From NCBI GenBank assembly GCA_009885695.1, contig VFKE01000091.1:1289-65288 (forward strand): a DNA stretch of 64,000 nt, in the 5' to 3' direction. A model generated the notes under the pieces. It saw only the letters and a program-made list of their open reading frames with translations, searched no databases and was not told the origin of the DNA. Position numbers and translations under genes: made by a program. Every line of letters begins with the position of its first letter. Position 1 is the first letter of the stretch. This document shows positions 1 through 12,200 of the stretch, in pieces. This stretch comes from Verrucomicrobiota bacterium. GTDB taxonomy: Bacteria; Verrucomicrobiota; Verrucomicrobiia; Verrucomicrobiales; Verrucomicrobiaceae.

Positions 1-1556
1 TGTGACAGCGGGGATGCTTCGATGTAGACGTTATTATGCTCGGGAGAAAAACGATGCAGCTCACGCTCCATTTCCCTGCCGGTCAGCAACCGTAAATAAG
101 ACGCCTCGTCAACATAGGGCACCAGTTCCGGCTGGGTCTCGAGAATGGCATCTGCCGTGGTCAGCAGGTCTTCCGTCAGTCCCATGGCTTTTTGGAGACG
201 ATAGGAGCGTCGCAAGACCTCCTGGTGCATGATCTGGTTCGAGGGCGGGAAATTAATCAGGGCCTGGAGCGCCAAGTGAAAACGTTCCAGCCGTTCCGCC
301 TGATCGGCCACGCGAACCAGTCCGAAGGGGTCCTTCTTGTTCCGTACGTAGGTCAGCGCGACCGCCAGATGGCTGTCAATTTCCTCAAGTGGATCACCCA
401 TGCCATTGGCGCATATGGCCTTCATCAGGGCGGCTTCTTCGATTCCAACTGGCAGCGAGTGCCGCATCAGCAGTGTGGAAAAGGAGTTCCAGTCTTTTTT
501 GATGATCAGAGCATCGCCAAATGCCAGAAACAGATCGCGTGACTTGAGTACCTCGGCCTTGGGTTCCACTGTCGTCAATATCGGTTCACCTTTTTCACGT
601 GAACCGTCTGTCTTCGTGTTTCCATTTTCACTCAAGCCCTGCAGAATTCTATCCGCCTGACCCATGTCGGCCAGCCAGGTAAAATATTCCGTGCAATCCT
701 CAGGACGTTTGCCTGCAATGCGCTGCGATTCTTCCATGACCAGTTCATCAGCCAGCGCGGGCTGCTGTCTTGCGCATGCTGCCAGGATGGCAAGCCGGTC
801 GGTGCTTTTAATGCCGGAATTTGATGAAATGATTGCCCGGGCTTCCATTATTTCGGAGCCAGACAAGGGCTGGGTTGACAGTGCCAGCATGGCCTTCGAG
901 GCCATTTTGCCGCCACCGCGGCTTAGTTCCCAGAGTGTGCGCCGGGCCTCCTGGCGAATCTCGTTGAAGATTGAATTCAGCTGCATTTTGGCGAGCCTGG
1001 TTCTGGCCTTTGGATCATCAGGCGATTTTTCCAGCGCGAACCTCAAGAGTTCTTCTGATTCTTGTTCACGACCTTCGATCATTAGCAGGTCGGCTTCGAT
1101 TTCGAGGCTCCCCGGACGCTGCCGCACATCGGCGGGGAGACTCTCCAGCACATGGCGCGCCGCCGACGCATTGGCCGTTTTCACCAGTGCCGCCGCGAGT
1201 TTGACGCTGTCTTCCGCCGTGGCCGATGGATGGTTGGCGACTTTCCGCCAGAGTACGGCTGCATCAGAAGCCCGTGCTGGAAGTTCATCCAGTCTTTGCG
1301 CGATCTCACGCAAGATGCCAGGCTCCTCCGGAGCCATCTGCCAGGCTTTTAGCAGCAACGCGATGCCCTGATCGGTCTGTCCGTTGTCCAGCAAACGACT
1401 GGCCTCCACGCAATAACTCCGGGCCTGTCCCAGGGTCCACCAGGCGGCAATCCCCCGCGCCGCCTTCACGATCACCAGCAGCGCGATGACCAGCAGGATG
1501 CCCAGCAAGGCCGTCTTGGCCCAGCGGGCGGCCCGTCTCGATATCTTTCGAGGCAT
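1..1556 (-). CDS. membrane-anchored TPR-like alpha-helical repeat protein; C-terminus runs off the left window edge
   Basis: Absent from the ORF track because no stop codon lies in the window. Manual minus-strand translation from the ATG at 1556..1554 gives MPRKISRRAARWAKTALLGILLVIALLVIVKAARG..., a basic N-terminus plus one TM helix. A helix-rich frame (LLKAWQMAPEEPGILREIAQRLDEL...) then stays open to the edge. The + strand ORFs here are low-complexity shadow frames. Confidence 0.65.
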   Translation of the reverse strand, partial: MPRKISRRAARWAKTALLGILLVIALLVIVKAARGIAAWWTLGQARSYCVEASRLLDNGQTDQGIALLLKAWQMAPEEPGILREIAQRLDELPARASDAAVLWRKVANHPSATAEDSVKLAAALVKTANASAARHVLESLPADVRQRPGSLEIEADLLMIEGREQESEELLRFALEKSPDDPKARTRLAKMQLNSIFNEIRQEARRTLWELSRGGGKMASKAMLALSTQPLSGSEIMEARAIISSNSGIKSTDRLAILAACARQQPALADELVMEESQRIAGKRPEDCTEYFTWLADMGQADRILQGLSENGNTKTDGSREKGEPILTTVEPKAEVLKSRDLFLAFGDALIIKKDWNSFSTLLMRHSLPVGIEEAALMKAICANGMGDPLEEIDSHLAVALTYVRNKKDPFGLVRVADQAERLERFHLALQALINFPPSNQIMHQEVLRRSYRLQKAMGLTEDLLTTADAILETQPELVPYVDEASYLRLLTGREMERELHRFSPEHNNVYIEASPLS

Positions 1557-1588
1557 GATGTTTGTTTCGGAGGCCATGAATGCGCTGG

Positions 1589-3259
1589 TTATGGATTGAT
1601 CGAATTGTCTCCCTCAAGTTCCAGGACAAGTCTGAACCCGACATCTGGAAACGCGTTGCCGTCTTCGACACGTTCTTCGGAATCCACCCGCAGCTTGCTG
1701 AGGTCCGTGGATTTCCAAGATCCGCCGAGATAAATCCGGTGGCTACCGAGATCACCGCCGATATCGGCGCACCATTCGGCGGCATTCCCGGCGAGCTCGT
1801 AAAAGCCGAGCGCATTGGACGGGAAGCTCTTCACCGCCATTCTTTCCGGCTGGGCAGATCCGGGCAGCAGGCTGAGGTTGATGTTGATTCGATTTGGCGG
1901 GGGTGGCCAGTCGGATCCCCACGGGTATGCCCGCTGTTTCCCCGCCGGATCATTTTCCGAAGCTGCGCGCACCCACTCTGATTTGAATGGCAGCCGATAG
2001 GCGGCACTTTGGGGAAGTGTCCCTTGCGTCCGTTCCCGCTGGGTCAGCCAGCGGCAGAAGACAACCGCATCGACCCACGAAACACCGACGTAGGGATGTT
2101 CCAAGTCCGATCGTAATTGAGGGTCCAGTGTTGATAAATCTCCGGCCGAAAAGACAAAAGCCTTGTAATCCTTTGCCCGAACTTCGTGTTCTCCCATGAG
2201 CACCTTGGTCCCCGGAAGCGGCAGCAGTTTCAAGCCCAGAGAATTGACAAAGGCCCGCCCTGGCGCGGCCACCGACGTTTCACCTTTGTCCTGGGTGCCC
2301 TGCAAACGCCGTTCCATCATGGCTTGCTTTACTTCATCCTGGGAGACCACCGCCTTGCTCATGAGACGATCCCGCTCTTCTTTTTTCTCAGCGGTTATGT
2401 TGCTTTCAAACTCGGACTTCGTGTCACTGTCCTCCAGAACACAGCGGAAGCCGATGCCGGGCACCCGGGTCTCCGCCTCGACCGTCAACCGGTAGGCCGG
2501 ATTCATGCTGTCTTTGCGCCAATACATCCAGGAAGAACCCCGCAGCGTTCCCGACAATACTTCGCCCGCCGCAGGATCGTACGTCCACTCCCATGCGTTC
2601 CCGCCGAGATCATAAATGCCGTCCACGGTTGGCTTGAAGCGACCGACCGGCGCCGTGAATTCGAAACCGTCGCCTTGAGAACCCTCAATCCGCGCCCGGT
2701 TGTAATTTCCCGCGTCTGATGGCGGCGGCCAGGCGGTTCCCCAAAAAAATGGCTGCGGAACCGTGGCCGCAGCCTGCGTCGGCTTATTGCCTGTGTCCAC
2801 GAGAACGGCCGCCGCATCCCATTCCGCGTTCGTGGGAAGACGATAGCTTTGCGTGTCCTTGAGCAGCCCTGATTCGCGCTCCTTCTCCGTCAGCCAGTCG
2901 CAGAAGTCCATCGCATCCTCCAGCATCACATTCACAACCGGATGCGAGCCATCCTGGGGAAAGTCCGGCCGGTGCTCCCATTTCACATTGGCGGAAGTGA
3001 GAAGGGCGTTCCAATCCGACACCCTGGTTTCCCATACGGAGAACCGGACATCCGTTCCTTTGACACTGTGAAACACCATGCCCAGGCTGTTGCGAAATTC
3101 ATCAGCAGCCGCTCCGCCGGGAGTCGCGCTGAGAAGAACGGCCCCGATCATCCCGCAAGCGATCCTCCGCCAGAGTAAACCGAGGCGCTGGCTGGGGTGG
3201 CGTGGGCAAGGAATCATTAAAGGACTCGACAGGGATGTTTTCGTCACATTCACTTTCAT
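1589..3259 (-). CDS. secreted protein with two tandem FGE-sulfatase (SUMF1/EgtB/PvdO family) domains
   Basis: 556-aa ORF with a hydrophobic N-terminal signal-like segment. It has two copies of the FGE-type signature: NSLGM.F..V, W....YC.WL, YRLPT..EW, GN..EW, GGSW, GFRCV/GFRLV. It starts 11 nt after the TpsA stop. Confidence 0.8.
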   Translation of the reverse strand: MKVNVTKTSLSSPLMIPCPRHPSQRLGLLWRRIACGMIGAVLLSATPGGAAADEFRNSLGMVFHSVKGTDVRFSVWETRVSDWNALLTSANVKWEHRPDFPQDGSHPVVNVMLEDAMDFCDWLTEKERESGLLKDTQSYRLPTNAEWDAAAVLVDTGNKPTQAAATVPQPFFWGTAWPPPSDAGNYNRARIEGSQGDGFEFTAPVGRFKPTVDGIYDLGGNAWEWTYDPAAGEVLSGTLRGSSWMYWRKDSMNPAYRLTVEAETRVPGIGFRCVLEDSDTKSEFESNITAEKKEERDRLMSKAVVSQDEVKQAMMERRLQGTQDKGETSVAAPGRAFVNSLGLKLLPLPGTKVLMGEHEVRAKDYKAFVFSAGDLSTLDPQLRSDLEHPYVGVSWVDAVVFCRWLTQRERTQGTLPQSAAYRLPFKSEWVRAASENDPAGKQRAYPWGSDWPPPPNRININLSLLPGSAQPERMAVKSFPSNALGFYELAGNAAEWCADIGGDLGSHRIYLGGSWKSTDLSKLRVDSEERVEDGNAFPDVGFRLVLELEGDNSINP

Positions 3260-3270
3260 TCCGATGGCGT

Positions 3271-6200
3271 TCAGAGTTGCTTGCGACGTTTTTTCTCTTC
3301 GTCATTTTCATCGGCAGGATCACTTCCGCCATAACCGAGCACTTCGACGGTGATCATCGACGGAGTCTCCGCGGGCGTCTCAGCAGTTGTGGGGGTGCTT
3401 TGTTTCATGGCATCCGCCGCAGCACTGGTGCTGGCACCAGCGGCGTTGCCGGCTGCCGTCAGTCCACCGATGTTCGGCGCGCTGACCACGGGTGCCGTAG
3501 GCGTGCCACTGCTGGCGCCGCTGACGGCGATATTACTGGCGTTGAGCACGGCGGTGGCGGCGATGTTCAGGTTCCCAGTGGCGCGAATGCCGGCATCGCC
3601 GGCGTCAACGACGCCAGTCGGGGCGATCAGATCGACGTTGCCTGGCTCCACGCCGGCCACGGTGGCCAGGACGCCGATGCCACCTCCGGTGGCCAGACCC
3701 GCCAAGTCGGTTTTCACATCGGCGCTTTGGGGATCAATCAAAACGCGGGTGGGCGGCGCGGACGCCACGGTTTTTGAGGATGCACCCGCAGCGATGTCGC
3801 CCGCCGACGACCAGATCACAATGTCACCTCCCCGCAGCGTGAAGATACGGGAGATGCCGAGGTTCACGCTGTCGTTCGTGAAAATGTTGATGCTGCCACC
3901 GGATTCGGTGATGATGCCAGGCGGAGCCAGCGAGCTTCCAGTGTCGGTGGTCTGAAGCGTGAGTCCACCGCCAGGCGCCAGGAGGTTGATGCTTCCGCCG
4001 CTCCTGGTGCGGATGTCGCGCGACTGGGTGACGATGTTTCCCTGGCCCGGATTCGGGAAGAGGGTGGCGATGGCGGCGAAGCCTGTCTCGTAGCCCCCGA
4101 TGCCGGTGGTTTGATTGCGACCCGCATCCCGCAGCACCAGATAAAAGACTTCGAGCGCGATGCGATGTTGCTCATCCTCCGGGAGAGACGCAAAGGAAGA
4201 CGTGGTCAGACCGGGATAAGTCTTAGCGAGCTCTGTTAGATAAGCCGCTCCTTGCGGTCCGCTCACATATTGCGTGATGAAGCTGTCAAAATCAAAGGCC
4301 CCACCATCCAGCCCGCCTGCGCCGCCCAAGCCAGCCCCGGCGATGATGGCCGCCCCCTCGAACGGCAGATAGGGATTGCGACCGTTGCCGATGCTGGTGA
4401 TGCCTACGCCGGTGCCGTCGGCATTGCCCGCCAGCGCGCCCAGATCGAGGTTTCGGCCCGCGAGAACTTCGAGCGTGCCGGGCCCGTTGATCTGGATGTC
4501 GCCGGCATTGATCGTGTCCGATCCGCTCAGGACGTTGCCCGGCGCGCGGGCGGCGACGCGCAAGGGCGAGTTGGAATTGGAGGCGATGATATCTCGGCCG
4601 GATGCTACGACAGTCACATCATCCTCCGCCACGTTTTGCAGGTAGAACTCGATGTCGGTGATGTCGTTCCCGCTGATGATTCGCGATTCTTTTCCGGAGA
4701 ACAAGGTGAGGCCTGAAATGTCACCGCTGCCGGCATAGATGCGCAGCGGCTCGGTGTCGCCGGCATGGAGCAGCCCTTGGGTATGGAGCGCCTGTTTCGT
4801 TTGAATGACCGCCGCGCTTCCGGTGGTGGAGCCGGTTTCGGCGAACAGGCTGTCGATGCGCGAGAGGAAGGTTAAGCCGAGCGAGCTGGTTGAGGACGAT
4901 CTCGCCGCCAGGGAAACCCCGACGAGCGACTGATAGGCGAAGGGCGATGTGATGCCTGAAACTGCGGACGGGCTGGCATCAGAGAGGTTGATTCTTCCTG
5001 ATATCCACACATTGACGGTCGAACTGTTGATGGTGGCGGTGCCGTTGTGCTGAAGCGCGTTGAAGGCACCTGCCGCAAGGAGATCGGCGGTGCCGGTGGG
5101 TGACGGTGAGAGATTGATACTGCCCACGAGATTGATATCGCCCGAGAAAGCCGTGGCGCGCAAGGTCGCCGGCATCAGTGTGGCCACCGTGTTGAATGCC
5201 GTGAGATTGTCTTCGGACAGCCGCAGCCAGGGCTGGGAGTTGGAGGCCGTCACGTTCGCGCCGGAAGTCACAAGAAGATGCTCCCGCTGCATGAATGCCA
5301 GCAGGGTCGGGGTGGTAACACCGCTGCTGTTCGTTGCCGGCAGGGTGACGCTCTCCCGGAACGTCACTGAGCCGCCCAGGGATGAGACGTTGACGAAGCT
5401 TGTTGGCGCGTAGGTGGAGAAATAAGTCTTGTACCAATAGGTGTTGCTGTAACCTTGTGGCAGCAGGAAGGGATTGGCCACCGGCCCCAGCAGCAGATCG
5501 CCCCGGGCGCTGACGTTGAAGCCACCTTTGCCCAAGAACAAGGTCGTGGGCAGCCAGGTCTCTGGCGCGAGCGGCGCACTGCTATTCAAGATTGTCAGGG
5601 ATGGTGAGCGTGTGGAGTTGGTGGTGATGCTGCCACCTGCATTCAGAGTGCCGGTGCCGCGTTCCACGTAATAGACGCCGCCATCAATGTTCCGGCCTGC
5701 CTGCACGGTGAGATCGCCCCCTCCAAATTCAACCAGGTTGGCCGCGTCAGGGGCGATGGCCGTGACTCCGCTCCTCCCGGTCATGCGGGCGTTGGTGGGC
5801 ACCAGTCCGTCAATGTTGGTCACATCTCGGCCGGCAATGAGCGTGACATTGCCGCCGCCCAGAGCACCGACGCCTTCAAAGAAATTGCTGAAATCCACCC
5901 ACCAGGATGTCGAGGCGACCTCTCCGAAACGCGATCTGCCGAACAGTCCGGTGACCGGATCCACATAGCCTCGCCGGTAAAGCCAGTTCATAGGCAGCTC
6001 CCGTTCGGAGTCGGCGATGAGGTTGTTGGAGATATCGCGCGTCTGGCGCAAGAGGTCAGCCCCGGCCGTGATGGATACGTTGCCGCCACCGAAGGTGTAT
6101 TGCGCGGAATAAGGTGGCAACTGCTGGTTCGCGCCGAGATTGCCCACGCTGGAGCCGGACATGCTCGGAACCGGCCGGTCGAAGGTCGAGCGCATCGTCA

Positions 6201-9200
6201 GATCGGGAACCTGGACTCCGACGGTGTAGATCGAGGCGAACTGGTTGAGCAGCTGCAAGTTTCGCCCCGCAGAAATATCGATGTCACCCGTGCCGGTGCG
6301 GATCACCTGGAAACGCCCGGTGCCGGCGTTGACTGCGGACGTGGTTGTCGCATTCGCGCCCGGAGAGCTTGCCGAATTCAAGCCGCCGTTCTTGCCAATG
6401 AGAAGGGATCCCTTGTTCGGGAAAGAGGTATTGAGAGCAGTGAGTGATTGGACACCGTGGATGTCCGCGGCCGTGAAATCGGCGCCGGTGGCGAAGCGGT
6501 AGGACCATGACTGAACGTTGACAGGCAGCGCGGCATTCGCAGTCAGCAGGCTTGAGTTGTAGGCGCTGGTGGTGAAGCCGTCGCTGATGGCGTTGAACAG
6601 GACAATGTCACCTCCCGCGCGCATCGTCAGCACGCCGGGCACGCTGTTGGCTCCGTAGCGGAATGTGGCCAGATTCCAGTCCACGGAGGCGGCCGAGCTT
6701 GAAGTGCCCAGCGTGAGGTCGCCCGTGCGGTTGATGACCTCGGCACCGGGCAGGACCACAGTAATGGGTGTCAGCGACAGCACGCTGGCATTCGCTGCCA
6801 GAAGGCTGTTGCGCAACGTGATGGCGTTGTTGCCGAAAGTGGTGAGCGAGGTGTTGATCGAGCTTTGGATAGCGGTCGTGATGTTGCCGCCCGCCGGGGT
6901 GAAAATCCGGTATCCCTCGACAGTGATCGCGGATGCCCCCGTAATGGTGCCGTTGATCGGGTTCACGGACAAGTTGGTGCCCGCCACGTTTTGCGGTGCG
7001 CGCAGGCGGAGCGTTCCGGTGAACTCGCCGGAAGCGGCGCTGCCGCCAAACGTGATGGTGCCTGCGCTGTTGAGCGTGACGGACTGGCCTTGCACAACGC
7101 CACTCACCACGTTGGCGGCCAAAGGAATGGTCCTCCCATCGACCAGCGTGATGGTGCCGGAACTGGTGGCTATGATCGTGTTGAAGCCGTTGGCGGTGGC
7201 CGGGAAGCTGATGCTGGTGCTGGCAGCGGCGGCGATTGTGCTGGCCGGGATGTTGCTGGCCACAGATAGATCGACGGCGGAACCTGACCGGATGTCGAGT
7301 ACCGCTCCCGGGCCGGCGCCGTAGGTGCCTCCGCTGAAGACGCTTGATCCGACCTCGAGGAACACCACGCCTCCTTTGCCGGCGTTGTTGAAATCCTGGG
7401 CGGCCACCGTGACCAGTGATCCGCTCTGGAGCACCACGTTCCTCCAGGCCACCAGGCTGATCTTGCCGCCCGTCGCGCCCGAGGCATTGATCTCGCCGGC
7501 CACATTGATGGAACCCTGGTCGGTGGAGAGGCTGAAGATCCGCGCAATCGTGGCGTTGGCCCCCGTGCCGGTCACGGTCACATCTCCGCTGCGCACGCGC
7601 AGGGTGCGCGATTGGGAGAATGACGCAGCGTTAAGCGTGTTGTTGAGTGTCGTGTAATCCGGGAGGCTGCCGACATCCAGCGAGAAGCTTCCATCCAAAC
7701 CTCCCGCACCGCCGCTGCCAGCCATGGTACCCGCAAGGTTGAAGGCGCCGGCTGAGGCATTGATCGTGATCCGGCCCGCGTTGCCGCCACCCGGCTGCGC
7801 GGCGACATTGAGGAAGCCGCCTGCGGCCACATCGACGTTGCCAGTGAGCGATGCCAGGGTGATCTGGCCGCCTTCGGTGTAACGCACCTGATCGAAGAAA
7901 GTTTGTGCCGTGCCTCCAGCGTTCAAAGTGCCTGAAACCGCAACACCGCCCGTGGCGCGCACGGTGAGGATGCCGCTCGGCAGCAGGATGTCACTGCTGA
8001 TGTTGATCGTGGTTCCGCTCAAGTCGATGCTGGCACCCAAGCCGCCGCTGACGGATGCCACGGTGCCCGGGGGTTTGAGAAGATTGAGCGCTCCTCCGGC
8101 GGTCAATGACTGGGTCGCGCCTTTTGCTCCCGTGAGCATTGGCGTGTTCGCCGTGAGTGCATTTTGTGCGGCCAATCCGCCCGCACCTTGCATGAGGATG
8201 CCGCCCGAGGCGTTGAGGATGACGGTGCTGAACTGGTCGATGTTGAGCTGGCCCTTGCCGATGGTGATGGTGCTGGCGTCGAAGACAAGCGTTCCCGAGG
8301 CTGCGATGACAGGGCCGGGCGAAGGCCGTCCCGGGCTGTTGTCGAGCAGGATGGTTGGCGCAGCCAACGTGACCGTGCCGCCGCCGTTGTTGAATCCGCG
8401 TATTTCGGCTGCGTGCAGCGCAAGGCTGCCGGTGGTGCTGAATCCTCCGGTGCCGTAAATATCAAAGGCGGAATAGCTCAGCAACGACAGTGATTGTGCG
8501 GACTGCAGGCCCGAGAGGACGTTACCCGTGAGGACGAGGCCGGGATCGGCCTGCAGGGATCCAGGGCTGGTGAGCTGCATGGAAATACGTCCGGCATCGA
8601 GCGTGATGGCCTGACCTATAAGGGCCGCCGTGGGGTCAATGGACATCCGCGCGGTGGAGTCGAGAATCAGACTGGCACCAGAGAGCGTCACGCCGGCACC
8701 GACACTCAGATTCGGCACGTTGGAGGAAGTGATGCCGGAGCGGACGATCTGCGCCGCTGGATCACTGCTGACGCGCAAGAGGACACCGTTCCCGCTGCCG
8801 GGCAGAGCAGCGTCCCCCAGCAGGAGTGTGTCCGCAGCATCGGACAGCGACCCGGTCTGCAGGACGGATGCGCCGGTGGCAAAGATGAGTTCCTGTGCGG
8901 ACACGAGGATGATTTCCGGTCCGGAGAGCGAGGTGCCTGCGTTATCGACGGTGATTTTGTTGGTGCGCACGTTGACGGTCGTGCTGTCGGTTCCGAAGCT
9001 GCGGGAACCGCCGATGAGCAGGCTGTCCGCGCCATAGCTGTTGAGCAGGTCGGAATCGAGCGTGAGCACCCCGGCACCACCGCTGGCACCGTTGCTGGAG
9101 ATCAAGATTTCAATCGGAGTGCTGATGTCGATATTGCCGCCGCGCCCGCTGCTTGCTCCCCGGGCCAGCACAGATCCCTGCACCGCCATGGCCTGGGTGG

Positions 9201-12200
9201 CTGAAAGCAGCAAATACCCCGCATCGACCGGCAGGCGCGGCGCTTTCTGGTCCAGCTTGATCGCGCTCTCACGCAGGAATGAATTGGCAAAGTAGTCCGC
9301 ATATTGCGAGCGTTGACGCACCACGGTGGAGGATGCGACCTCGAAGCGCGAGTAGATGGAGGGCACGGAGCGGGAGTTGTTGAGATCGTTGTAGCGGTAG
9401 CCGTTCACGAGCGATGAACCATCGGGCAGGTTGAAGGTGCCGATGGGAGAACCAGTCTGGGGCGTGACGAGAACCGCGTTGGGCAGCAGCGCGTAGCGCG
9501 CCGGCAGCAGGGTGTAAGTGCCGGCGGGCAGTCCCTGGCTGGCGTTGAGGAACACCCGGTCACCCACGGACAGACTGCTGTTCACATAGCCGCTGTCTCC
9601 GTCAAGATTTGTCGCCCCGGTCGTAGTGATGCTGAAGGGTGCGTAGGGCATGTAGTTAAATCCATATCCGGGAATCACCGCGAAGCTGGTTGATGAATCC
9701 AGGATGTCCTGGCTCCCGCCGTTGCCTCTGATCCACTGGTAGGCGTAGAGGTCGCCGCCGCCGCTGATATCGATGACCGAACCGGCTTCTGTCGTCAGCT
9801 TCTGCGCGGAGATGGTCACGGTCTTGGAGGGGCCGCCGCCTGCGGTAATGTCCAGACCCGTGGGGTCGATCCAAGCCTCGCCCGTGGGATTGATGCCATA
9901 GGGAATGATGATGCCCTGACCGGTGCGCGGATCCACTCCGGAGACGGAAGTGACGCTGCCGGCGGTGAGCGTGAGCTGCTTGGTCACGGGGACATTCTGC
10001 CCCGTGATTATATCCTTGGGCGCGGTGCCAGTGCCGTCCCAGCCGAGATTGATGCCGCCAAAGGGCGCGCGCAGCGTGCCGCCCTGCGTGATGAGTGAGC
10101 TGTAGATGTTGAGTGTGCCGCCGGCGGAAAGGGGAAGCGGCCGGACGCCGGATCCTTCGATGATGACAGAACCGGAGACCGTTCCTCCGCCCGGGTTGTA
10201 GTCATGGGCCACGATGGTGAATGGTGATGCGGTGACCGGATAAATCTGGCCAGCCCGCAGCAGCAAACTTCCGGCCACATCAAACGTGCCCTGCCCGCGG
10301 ATGTCACCCCCGTTGGCGATGAGCACCGTGACGCCGATGTTTTGCAATGAGAGATTGCCGACATCGATCAAGTCCGCCGTGACTGTCAGCCGGCCCGGGC
10401 CGAAAGTCGGGAGGAAATTGAACGGGTCGCTCAGCCCGTCGATGTAGGGTGGGGAATTCTGCAGCTCCAGGGGTTGCACTGGAGGTTCGAACGGCTTGCC
10501 CAGTGCGACGTAGGGCGCGGTGAGCTGGACATTGGAGTCCGCATAGATCACACCCCCGTCGATGGAACTGCTCGATGAAGGAACTCCGGCAACGATCGTG
10601 CGCCTGGCGTTGATGGTGACCGGCCCCTTGAATTCGAGCGTGCCGCCCAGCAGAAGGGAGTCGAAGCCGCCGCGCGAGAAATCATTGACGGCGAACTGGC
10701 CTCCACCCAGGATCGGCCCGCCCGTGGTATCGAGCACCGGCAGACCGATGCCGCTGCTGCCGGATGTGAAGCCGGGATCGCTCTGCGTGACCCGCAACGT
10801 GACGTCCGTCGGCTTCCTGTCCTGCGGTTGTGAAAGGAGGGGATAAAAACGGCCGGAGGAGATGGAAAGATTTCCGCCCAGTGCGGTGGGACCGCCTGCA
10901 TTTCCCAGGAGCGTGGCCGCCGTGAACAGTTGCTGCCCGCCCTTGAGGGTGATGGTGCCACCGCTGCTGTCCACGCGCAGCGGGACTGTGAACGCGGCAT
11001 AGAGCGGCAAGTTCACCCCGCTGGTCACGGGCACCAGGGTGGAGCCCAGCAGCGGAGCATTCATCGGCACGTTCAGGCCGAGGTAGGCCGGCGGCAGATC
11101 CAGAATACCGCTGGCACCCGAGACATCGAGTTTGGCACCGGATTCGGCGTAGATGTTTCCTGAGACGCTGATGGTGCCGCCGGGCAGGACATAACCTGTG
11201 CGGTGACCCCAGCGGTCGGGCAGCAGGACGACCTTGCCAGCCGTGGATAACAGGCTGCCGGCCGCGAGATGGACCGTGGTCAAGGCCCGGAGTTCCGCTT
11301 CCGGCCGGCTGGCAAACGTGGACAGCGAGTTCGATGACCCGGAGATGGAGATCGCACCGCCGGGCGCGATGATGGAGCCGAACACCGCCACCGTGTGCCC
11401 GCCCAAGGTCACGCTGCCGAGCGCATCCGTCTGGATGCGCGAGCCTGCGCCGATGATGATATCACCGCGCACCGTGAGCAGGCCGGTGAAATCATTTTGA
11501 ACGCCCGGTGCGCTGAGCGTGAGGCTCAACGGCGAGCGCAGACCCTCGGGCTTCAGCACCGGAACCATGACCACCCCGCCTGATTCCCATTCATGGGGCA
11601 GCGCGAGATAACTTTTCACTTCGGGTGCAATCACGGTTCCGGCAGCGACAGACACGCCGGGAATCATCTCATCGCTATTGCCGGTTGCTTCTCCCAGTCC
11701 GATCAGTGTGAAGCTGGCGAAGCCGCTTTCGCTGAAAAAGTCCGGCTTAAGCAGAAGCGCATTCACCGAGGGGGATGTTCCCCCGATCTGGATCACCGGG
11801 GCCTGCAAGGTGAGCGATCCGCCTTTGGCACCGGAGAAGCCGAGCAGCGTTCCGCCAAGTTTCAGGTGGCCTCCCAGCACGGATTTCAAATTCGGATCCT
11901 GTCCCGCCTTGATGCTGATGCTGCCCGCATCGCCGTAATTCATTTTCCCCGCTGTGCTCACTGCCACGCCGCCGGAAACATCAATGAGGCTGCCCTTGCT
12001 GAGATCGGCGTTGTAAGTGGTGATCGAGACCGCGCCTCCATTGGTCACCAGCGGGAGGCTGCCGGGTGATCGTGAGCTCATGCGGTCGTCGATGATGAGG
12101 CCCGCCGTGTTGATGGCACCTGATGAACCCAGGGCGAAGTTTCCCCGGTCGGCATTGGGCGGAGGCGTGACCGATCCGGCACTGGCCCTGAGTGAATCAG

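Noticed and set aside
1589-3259. FGE/C-type-lectin-fold protein as a diversity-generating retroelement target
   Set aside because: There is no reverse transcriptase and no template/variable repeat pair in the window. Neither domain C-terminus shows the Asn(AAC)-rich variable region typical of DGR targets.
3271-3400. CdiA-type contact-dependent inhibition toxin with immunity gene
   Set aside because: I saw no VENN/pretoxin motif, the C-terminus looks like a conserved FHA-family module, and the downstream gene is a 556-aa FGE-domain protein rather than a small immunity protein.
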